From: an uncultured bacterium
GTDB lineage: Bacteria; Lernaellota; Lernaellaia; Lernaellales; Lernaellaceae
Length of the DNA stretch: 14,289 nucleotides
Reading direction: 5' to 3'
Assembly: GCA_964534375.1 (NCBI GenBank)
Contig: CAZHPN010000158.1
Coordinates: forward strand, 1-14,289
In this document: positions 1 through 6,436 of the stretch, piece after piece
Layout of the letters: every line of letters starts with the position of its first letter
How positions within the stretch are numbered: the stretch's first letter is position 1
The notes under the pieces: generated by a model
Told to the model about the DNA's origin: nothing
Databases searched by the model: none
What the model saw: only the letters and a program-made list of their open reading frames with translations
Made by a program: the position numbers and the translations under genes

Positions 1-999
1 CGGCAACTCCAGCCCGGCCGGCTGCAGCACGTCGGCCGCGAGCACGCCCTGCGAACCGGACGTCGTGACGATGCCGACCCGCCCCGAGCGCGGCACGGGG
101 CAGAGGTCGAGGGCCAGCGCGGCGTCGAGCAGCGCCTCCAGCGTCGCCGGCCGCCGCCCGCCCGCCTGGCGCAACGCGCCGTCGAACACCGCGTCGGCGC
201 CGGCCAGCGCGGCGGTGTGGCTGCCGATCGCGACGGCGCCCGCCGGCGTCCGTCCGGACTTCAGCGCCAGCAACGGCTTCGCCGCGGCGCAGCGGCGGGC
301 CGCGGCCAGGAAACGGCGGCCGTCGGCGACGCCCTCCAGATACATCGCGACCACGCGCGTGGCAGGATCGTCGGTCAAGAAATCGAGAAAATCGGCCTCG
401 TCCAGGTCGACGCGATTGCCGAGCGTGATCGCCTTGGAAAAACGCAGGCCCATGGCCGGCGCGGCATCGAGCAAAATCGAGCCGAAGACGCCGCTTTGGG
501 CGACCAACGCGACGCCGCCGGGCCGCAGCGCCTCCGGCTGCACGGCGGTCGTCGCGAACCGCGTCGTGGTGTCGACCACGCCGACGCAATTCGGTCCGAG
601 CAGGCGCACGCCGCAGGCCGCGGACCGCGCCCGCAGATCCGCCTGCCGCGCCGCGCCGCTCGGCCCCGTTTCGGCGAAGCCGGCGCTTTCGACGATCGCC
701 AGGCGGCAACCGAGGCGGGCCACGTCCTCGATCGCGTCGGCGACGCCGGCGGCTGGAATGACGACGATCGCCAGATCGAACGGCCCGGCCGCCGCGGCCT
801 CGGCGATCGACCCGAAGGTCGGCCGGCCGTAAATCGGCCGTCGCTTTGCGTTGACCATCGTCAGCCGGTCGCCGAAACCCTGGTCGAGCAGGTAGCGCGG
901 AATGCTGGCGGAAAACAGGCTGGTCTCGCTCGCGCCCACGAGCAGAATGCGGCGCGGGTCGAAGAGGCGGCGGAGGTCTGGCGGCGGCGCGTCAGGCAT
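1..999 (-). CDS. Acetate/acyl-CoA ligase (ADP-forming) alpha-subunit-like CoA-binding protein; partial, runs off the window start
   Basis: Absent from the ORF track; translated by hand from ATG at 999: MPDAPPPDLRRLFDPRRILLVGAS...IVESAGFAETG...RLLGPNCVGVVD...VAQSGVFG...ITLGNRVDLDEADFLDFLTDDPATRVVAMYLEGVADGRRF...LKSGRT...GSHTAALAG (phospho-His codon 217-219)...IVTTSGSQGVLAAD. These are the AcdA/succinyl-CoA ligase-like motifs, and I found no stop before base 1. Confidence 0.92.
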   Translation of the reverse strand, partial: MPDAPPPDLRRLFDPRRILLVGASETSLFSASIPRYLLDQGFGDRLTMVNAKRRPIYGRPTFGSIAEAAAAGPFDLAIVVIPAAGVADAIEDVARLGCRLAIVESAGFAETGPSGAARQADLRARSAACGVRLLGPNCVGVVDTTTRFATTAVQPEALRPGGVALVAQSGVFGSILLDAAPAMGLRFSKAITLGNRVDLDEADFLDFLTDDPATRVVAMYLEGVADGRRFLAAARRCAAAKPLLALKSGRTPAGAVAIGSHTAALAGADAVFDGALRQAGGRRPATLEALLDAALALDLCPVPRSGRVGIVTTSGSQGVLAADVLQPAGLELP

Positions 1000-1006
1000 T
1001 CAACCG

Positions 1007-1055
1007 CGTTCGGCATCCCGCATTCGGCATTCGGCATTCGGCATTCCGCATTCCG
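1007..1055. repeat. Heptamer tandem repeat, 7 units of CATTC(G/C)G
   Basis: CGTTCGG CATCCCG CATTCGG CATTCGG CATTCGG CATTCCG CATTCCG fills the gap between the lolA stop and the acyl-CoA ligase start. Confidence 0.95.
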
Positions 1056-1057
1056 CC

Positions 1058-1723
1058 TTATTCCATTCCCGCGCTCGGCATGTCGATGATCTCGACGCCT
1101 TCTTTCGGCACGAAGGTGAAAGTGCTCTCGGGCAGCTTCGTGTTGAAGCGCGGATTTTTGAGCGCGGTTTTTGTGACGTTGCCGTAGGCGTCGACAGTCT
1201 CGAGGCGTTCGATCAAAAAGCTCTGGCGATTGATGCTCAGGGTCAGGTACGCGAATCCCATCGGCGTTTTCGGCGTCAGCTTGAGCCGGGCGCGGCCGTC
1301 CTCGTCGGCCAGCAATTCGGGCGTCCACTGCGTTTTGACGTCGACGTTGCCGGCGAGCACGGCCATCGGCAGGCCGACGTTGAACTCGCCGCCGGCCTTT
1401 TTCAAATAGGCCTTGCCTTCGTCGGCATAATAAATGACGAGGCTGCCGCCGTCAGTGACAATCTCCTTGGCCGGCGCCGACTTGTACACCCAGCGCATCT
1501 TGTTGGGCCGCGCGAAGTAGATCACGCCGCTGGCCTTTTGCACGTGGGCGCCCATCTGCTTGACCGTGCCCGTTTGCTCGAAGTCGACCGTCAGGTCCTT
1601 CGCTTTGCCGTAGCGGCCCTGGATGCCGGCGATCAGCGTGGCGACATCGTCCGCCGCCGACGTCGCCGCGAACGCGGCGCCCGCCGCCATTGCCGCCAGC
1701 ACGAAAAGTTTTTTGATGCGCAT
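1058..1723 (-). CDS. lolA: Outer-membrane lipoprotein carrier protein LolA
   Basis: 221 aa with a signal peptide (AAGAAFA...SAA), DLTVDFEQ, ASGVIYFARPNKMRWVY..PAKEIVTDGGSLVIY and C-terminal FNTKLPESTFTFVPKEGVEIID. SD AAGGAG lies upstream. Confidence 0.93.
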   Translation of the reverse strand: MRIKKLFVLAAMAAGAAFAATSAADDVATLIAGIQGRYGKAKDLTVDFEQTGTVKQMGAHVQKASGVIYFARPNKMRWVYKSAPAKEIVTDGGSLVIYYADEGKAYLKKAGGEFNVGLPMAVLAGNVDVKTQWTPELLADEDGRARLKLTPKTPMGFAYLTLSINRQSFLIERLETVDAYGNVTKTALKNPRFNTKLPESTFTFVPKEGVEIIDMPSAGME

Positions 1724-1967
1724 TCCGCGCTCCTTGAAAAAAGTGGCCGCAGCGTACCAAATTCAATGTGTTTTTTCGAGCCGTGGCCGGCGCGGGTGGC
1801 CAGCGCGGGCGTCGGGCTCTCGGGCGAGGTCCCATTTCTGCCAGCGTCATTCGAGATATCTGCCGGGGGAAATGCGCTGGCAGCGCGACGTGTGATACGC
1901 GGGGTCTCGATTCGCGCGGGTTTTCGCAGATACCCGCCTTTCTGACGCAGTCCTAACGCGACACCCC

Positions 1968-1995
1968 TTGAATTCGCCCGCGCCCGCCTTACAAT
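1968..1995 (+). promoter_or_regulatory. Putative sigma70-type promoter for the C1A peptidase
   Basis: TTGAAT(1968-1973)-16 nt-TACAAT(1990-1995). It overlaps the ORF-track start at 1994, which favours ATG 2051 as the real start. Confidence 0.55.
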
Positions 1996-2050
1996 GACAA
2001 TGTTCTGTTGTGCATCATCAAGTTGGGTTGTCGCCACAGGGGATCGCATC

Positions 2051-3130
2051 ATGCATCGGACTGCCGCCTTGTTTGTGGGCTTTTTCATCGTCTTGTGTCC
2101 GGCCTGGGCCGGCGCGCTCACCATCGACGAAATTCAGCAGGCGATTCAGCGGGCCGGCGCCCACTGGCAGGCCGGCGACAATCCGGTCTGGGCGCGCCGC
2201 GACACCATGATGATCACGCCCTGGAGCGAGGCGCCGAAGTTCGACGGAACCGAAACGCACTTCGTTTACCGCGGCGGCCGCGCGTTGCCCGCGCAACTCG
2301 ATTGGCGCAACCTCAACGGCGCGAACTGGATCACGCCGATCAAAGACCAGGGTCAGTGCGGCTCCTGCTGGGCGTTCGCCACCGTGGCCCCGATCGAAAC
2401 CTCGGTCGCCCACGCGAACGGCTGGACCGACCCGACCTTCGACCTTTCCGAACAAGACTTGTTGAGCTGCGCGGTGAATTTCGGCTGCGAAGGCGGCGGG
2501 ATGACGCCGATCTCGTTCAACTATGCGCGCGAGGTCGGCCTCGTCGACGCCACGTGTTTTCCGTATGTGGCCGACAAGGTCTCGTGCAACGAACGGTGCG
2601 AGAATTGGCGCGAGCGCGTGACGAAAATCAACTCCTGGGACCTCGTCGGCGGCTTGTGGGCCACGCCGGACGACGTGATGGCGGCGTTGCAGGTCAATCC
2701 GGTCGCGACGAGCATGGTGGTCTACGAAGATTTCCAGTCGTACAAGGGCGGCATCTACACGACCGTGATCGGGAAGTACGTCGGGACGCACGCGGTCACG
2801 ATCGTCGGCTACGACGCGGACCAACAATACTGGATCTGCAAAAACTCCTGGGGCGACGGGTGGGGCGAACATGGGTTCTTTCGCATTCATTGGGGCGCAG
2901 CGGAGATCGGCGTCATGAGCATCTTGCCGCATTTTTTGGCGCCCGCCGGCGATGATGACGACGACAACGACGATAACGACGACAACGACGACGATAACGA
3001 TAACGACAACGACGACAACGACGACAACGATGACAACGACGACAACGACGACGACAACGGCGGCGACGACGACCCGCCGCCTGCACACCTCGACAGCGCC
3101 GGCGACCATTCCGGCGGCTGCGGCGGGTGA
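2051..3130 (+). CDS. Secreted papain-like cysteine peptidase (family C1A) with Asp/Asn-rich C-terminal stalk ending SGGCGG
   Basis: Signal peptide MHRTAALFVGFFIVLCPAWAGA; LPAQLDWR, ITPIKDQGQCGSCWAF (oxyanion Gln and catalytic Cys), LSEQDLLSC, GCEGG, HAVTIVGY (His), YWICKNSWGDGWGEHGFFRI (Asn). SD-like AGGGGA precedes 2051. Confidence 0.95.
   Translation: MHRTAALFVGFFIVLCPAWAGALTIDEIQQAIQRAGAHWQAGDNPVWARRDTMMITPWSEAPKFDGTETHFVYRGGRALPAQLDWRNLNGANWITPIKDQGQCGSCWAFATVAPIETSVAHANGWTDPTFDLSEQDLLSCAVNFGCEGGGMTPISFNYAREVGLVDATCFPYVADKVSCNERCENWRERVTKINSWDLVGGLWATPDDVMAALQVNPVATSMVVYEDFQSYKGGIYTTVIGKYVGTHAVTIVGYDADQQYWICKNSWGDGWGEHGFFRIHWGAAEIGVMSILPHFLAPAGDDDDDNDDNDDNDDDNDNDNDDNDDNDDNDDNDDDNGGDDDPPPAHLDSAGDHSGGCGG
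2951..3073 (+). repeat. Low-complexity coding repeat (about 9-nt GACAACGAC units) encoding a DND/DDN acidic stalk
   Basis: DDDDDNDDNDDNDDDNDNDNDDNDDNDDNDDNDDDNGGDDD read directly in the peptidase frame. Confidence 0.95.
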
Positions 3131-3199
3131 TCCGCGGCGCTTTGACGCCGTCTGCCGAACTCGCGAAAACGCCCTGGACGCATGACTGGCGAACGGGTG

Positions 3200-3205
3200 T
3201 ATAAT
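3200..3205 (+). promoter_or_regulatory. Putative -10 element for the hydroxylase gene
   Basis: Perfect TATAAT 26 nt upstream of ATG 3232 in GC-rich DNA. There is no well-spaced -35 (TGGACG sits at 19 nt). Confidence 0.4.
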
Positions 3206-3231
3206 CGCTTCCCTGGGGCCGCAAACACAGG

Positions 3232-3951
3232 ATGGGTGTCGTGAACGACGCAACCACCGTTCCCACGGGCGAAAACACCAAATTCCCAGTCGGCCCGCCG
3301 TTGACCCTGCCGCAAGCGGTTCGCAGCTTTTTCCGGCATCCGACACCGTACATTTTCGTCGGCGCGGTCGGCGGTTCGTGGATCGCCAAAATTGCGGTCG
3401 GCGGCTGGAGCCTGGGCGACCTGATCGTGGCGCTGATCATCGTGGCGCTTTGGCCGATCCAGGAATGGCTGCTGCACGTGTACATTCTGCATTTCAAGCC
3501 GCGGGTGTTCCTGGGCCGGCGCATTGACCTGCTGGCCGGGCGCATGCACCGCGCGCATCACCGCGAGCCCGGCCGCCCCGAGCTGATCTTCATTCCGACC
3601 GCGATCGTGCTCGCCAGCCTCGTCGTCCTGCCCGCGGCGTGGCTGCTGCCCGGGCCGTTGGCGCGCGGCCTGACGGGGCTCGGCACGTATTACGTTTTTG
3701 CGCTCCGGTACGAGTGGACGCACTTCCTGATTCACACGACGCACCGGCCGCAATCGCGACGGTTCAAACGCTGGTGGCTCAACCACCGCCTGCACCATTA
3801 CCGCAACGAGCACTACTGGTACGGCGTCTCGATGCTGCTCGGCGATAAGATTCTCGGCACCGCTCCCGACCCCAAGGCGACGCCGATTTCGCCGACCTGC
3901 ATGACGCTCGGGATCGAAGCCGAACTGGCGGACGCGACGACGCCGAAGTGA
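3232..3951 (+). CDS. Fatty acid hydroxylase / sterol desaturase family membrane di-iron enzyme
   Basis: Four His boxes, EWLLHVYILH, HRAHH, EWTHFLIH and HRLHH, then YWYGVS..LGDKILGT, with several hydrophobic segments. GTG 3241 is an alternative start. Confidence 0.9.
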   Translation: MGVVNDATTVPTGENTKFPVGPPLTLPQAVRSFFRHPTPYIFVGAVGGSWIAKIAVGGWSLGDLIVALIIVALWPIQEWLLHVYILHFKPRVFLGRRIDLLAGRMHRAHHREPGRPELIFIPTAIVLASLVVLPAAWLLPGPLARGLTGLGTYYVFALRYEWTHFLIHTTHRPQSRRFKRWWLNHRLHHYRNEHYWYGVSMLLGDKILGTAPDPKATPISPTCMTLGIEAELADATTPK

Positions 3952-3974
3952 GCACACTCCGGACTGTTTTTTTT
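3943..3974 (+). terminator. Possible intrinsic terminator overlapping the hydroxylase stop
   Basis: CCGAAGTG-AGCA-CACTCCGG (7 of 8 pairs) is followed after 4 nt by T8. Confidence 0.35.
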
Positions 3975-3984
3975 GGCCGAAGCG

Positions 3985-4086
3985 TCACGCGGAGACGCGG
4001 AACGCGCGGAGAAGACATCGGGCCGCGTTGTTTCCCTCCGCGACCTCCGCGTCGGAGCCTGTCCCGAGCGCAGCCGAGGGGCGTGA
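3985..4086. repeat. Imperfect intergenic inverted repeat (REP-like) with a 24-nt insert in the right arm
   Basis: Left arm TCACGCGGAGACGCGGAACGCGCGGAG (3985-4011). Right arm CTCCGCGACCTCCGCGTC (4036-4053)-GGA-[GCCTGTCCCGAGCGCAGCCGAGGG 4057-4080]-GCGTGA (4081-4086). Confidence 0.7.
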
Positions 4087-4185
4087 GCCTCAATGGGATC
4101 ACTTCGAAACGTTGCTTGCCTCGCCGCATTTCCTGAGCGGGGCGCGCAGGTTATATATGTACAGATGATGCGGGGGAAATGAACG

Positions 4186-4764
4186 ATGCCCGAGGAGATC
4201 GAGGTCGACACCGAGAAGTTGCACGAGTCGATCAAGGAAAAGCTCGAACGCGAAGGCGGCGGGTTCCTGCGCCGGATCGCCGTCACCACCGCCGTGCTGG
4301 CCGTGCTCGCGGCGATCGCATCGCTCCAGGCCGGCACGACGATCAACACGGCCCTCTTCCTGAAAACGGAGGCGGTGCGGCTGCAATCCGAGGCGTCCGA
4401 CCAATGGGCCTATTACCAGGCGAAGGGGGTCAAGGCCGCCGTGCAGGAGGCCGCACGCGAGTCGTGGCTGGCCGCCGGCAAAGAGCCGCCCGCCGAACTC
4501 GACGCGAATGTGAAGCGCTATGGCGAAGAGCAGGCGGAGATCCAAGGCAAAGCGCGCGACCTCGAACGCGAGCGCGACCAGAACTTGAAAGAGTCGGACC
4601 ACCTGCTGCACCAGCACCACGGCTTCGCCAAAGCCGTCACCCTCTTCCAGATTTCCATCGCGCTGGGCGCCGTGGCGGCCCTCACGCGCATGCGCGTCGT
4701 TTGGTGCGGCTCCCTCGCCGCCGGCGCCGCCGGGATGGTTTTCGCCGCATTGACGATTGTTTGA
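4186..4764 (+). CDS. DUF4337-like membrane protein
   Basis: 192 aa: RIAVTTAVLAVLAAIASLQAG (TM), ASDQWAYYQAKGVK, coiled region with RYGEEQAEIQGKARDLE, then HQHHGFAKAVTLFQISIALGAVAALTR and a final TM. This matches my recollection of the DUF4337 pattern. Confidence 0.8.
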   Translation: MPEEIEVDTEKLHESIKEKLEREGGGFLRRIAVTTAVLAVLAAIASLQAGTTINTALFLKTEAVRLQSEASDQWAYYQAKGVKAAVQEAARESWLAAGKEPPAELDANVKRYGEEQAEIQGKARDLERERDQNLKESDHLLHQHHGFAKAVTLFQISIALGAVAALTRMRVVWCGSLAAGAAGMVFAALTIV

Positions 4765-4805
4765 GGAGCGGAAACCTATTGTTCTTGGACAACCATTGAC
4801 GCGCC

Positions 4806-4834
4806 TTGACCGTGCCCCTCGCCTGCGGTAGTTT
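4806..4834 (+). promoter_or_regulatory. Putative sigma70-type promoter for the diguanylate cyclase
   Basis: TTGACC(4806-4811)-17 nt-TAGTTT(4829-4834). Confidence 0.5.
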
Positions 4835-4920
4835 TCGACTCAGCGCCCACGACAGAAAAATATGGTAGCGCTATCGATTCAAAAATCAGACTCGTGAACG
4901 CCTCTCCGCGGGAGTTGGGC

Positions 4921-6270
4921 ATGAAAGAACTGCGTGAACTGTTCTCGACGCACGAAGACTGGCTGACCAAAAGAATCCTGAAATATGCCAAGGCACGAAA
5001 CTACACGAAATACACGGCGACCCTGGAGGACGCGTGGCGGGTTTCCATCGCGGGAATCTCCGAATCGCTGAGCGCCGCGCTCGACAAACAGAACGCCCCG
5101 GCGGAACTCGATCCCGGCGAGGACTGCCAGTTCGATCCTGTCGCCGCCTTCGGCATCAAGGAGGCGCGCCGGCATCGCCAGCGCGGCGTCAATCTCGGGA
5201 TGTTCCTTGGACTGATGAAATACTACCGGCAGGCCTATGTCGACCTCGTGCTCGATTCATACGAAGCATCCCAGGCAGCCGGCAAACGGCTGTTCGTCGA
5301 CCGGTTCTTCGACCGCCTGGAAATCGGGTTTTGCCAGGAATGGAGTTCCCTCGATCAGACGACGAAGTTCGCCGAACTCCAGACCGCCAATCGGAACATG
5401 ACCAACGAGAAGAACAAGTACCTGACCCTCTTCGAAAGCATGCGCGATCCGGCGGCGCTGTTGGACAGTCGCCACAGGATCGAAACTGTCAACCACTCCG
5501 CGTCGGTCTTGTTTCCGGATTTCCCTGCGGCCGGCGCCGTCTACTATCGCGAAAGTTCCGAGCCGCAAGCGTGGCCTTGGTTCCAGGATGAACTGGCGAT
5601 ACTTGCGGCCGGAGCCACGCCGGAACGGACGTTCGAGGCCCAACTGGAAACCGTCCACGGGCTCTGCGTTTTTCAGGTCAAGATGAAACGGATGTTGGAC
5701 GTCAGCGAGAAGTTCAGCGGCACCGTGGTGATCCTCAGCGACATCACGGCGCGCAAACGGTACGAAGAAAGACTCAACCACCTCGCCCGGCACGATCCGC
5801 TGACCGGCTTGCTCAACCGGCACGCCTTGCTGGAGATTCTTGACCAGGAATCGAAACGATCCAAACGTTATCGTCGCCCGATCGGCGTGCTGATGGCGGA
5901 TGTCAATCGATTCAAGGAGATCAACGACGAATTCGGCCATCCGGTCGGCGACGAGGTGCTGAAATCGCTGGCGACCATCTTTATGCAGCAAGTGCGCGAA
6001 TCGGATATCGCGATCCGCTACGGCGGCGACGAGTTCCTGGTCTTGCTGCTCGAGACCGGCCGGCAAGTCGAGCTTGTCCGAAGCCGGATTGTGAAGGCCG
6101 TGGAACGGTGGTCGAACACCCAAACGCTGACCGACTTCCCGGTGACGCTTTCGATCGGCGCCGCGTATTGGGACGTGGGCAGCCAAGCGTCCCTCGATGA
6201 GGCGCTGGCCATCGCGGATCGGCAAATGTACGCCGCGAAGCAAGATTCGCGGGCGGCGATGACCGGATAG
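4921..6270 (+). CDS. Diguanylate cyclase: N-terminal helical sensor domain, PAS/PAC, GGDEF
   Basis: SDITARKRYEERLNHLARHDPLTGLLNR, DVNRFKEINDEFGHPVGDEVL, I-site RESD, RYGGDEF, VTLSIG, ADRQMYAAK. PAS start LFESMRDPAALLD..HRIETVN. SD GGGAG favours ATG 4921 over GTG 4894. Confidence 0.95.
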   Translation: MKELRELFSTHEDWLTKRILKYAKARNYTKYTATLEDAWRVSIAGISESLSAALDKQNAPAELDPGEDCQFDPVAAFGIKEARRHRQRGVNLGMFLGLMKYYRQAYVDLVLDSYEASQAAGKRLFVDRFFDRLEIGFCQEWSSLDQTTKFAELQTANRNMTNEKNKYLTLFESMRDPAALLDSRHRIETVNHSASVLFPDFPAAGAVYYRESSEPQAWPWFQDELAILAAGATPERTFEAQLETVHGLCVFQVKMKRMLDVSEKFSGTVVILSDITARKRYEERLNHLARHDPLTGLLNRHALLEILDQESKRSKRYRRPIGVLMADVNRFKEINDEFGHPVGDEVLKSLATIFMQQVRESDIAIRYGGDEFLVLLLETGRQVELVRSRIVKAVERWSNTQTLTDFPVTLSIGAAYWDVGSQASLDEALAIADRQMYAAKQDSRAAMTG

Positions 6271-6436
6271 TCTCGACGCGGTGGGCGGTCGGATCGGACG
6301 GCGACGCAACGTACGATGTGTTTTTTCACGGCGGACCGTAACCCGCCGTCTTACGGGCCCGCGCCGGCGCGCCGGTCAATGACGATCAGCGCCGTTCGCG
6401 ACCAAGCCGCGTTCTATTATCACCGTGCAGATCCGA

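Noticed and set aside
65..1945. Plus-strand ORFs 65..832, 217..1089 and 902..1945
   Set aside because: They are antisense shadows of the acyl-CoA ligase and lolA genes in GC-rich DNA, with no motifs.
3110..3145. Selenocysteine readthrough of the protease TGA (GGCGG-U), prompted by the tRNA-Sec
   Set aside because: Readthrough adds only SAAL before another TGA, I see no convincing SECIS hairpin, and TGA is the commonest stop among genes in this window.
2018..3957. Minus-strand ORFs with poly-Val, poly-Ser or Arg/Cys runs, and the poly-Thr ORF 2952..3185
   Set aside because: They are alternative-frame readings of the Asp-rich repeat and shadows of the peptidase and hydroxylase genes.
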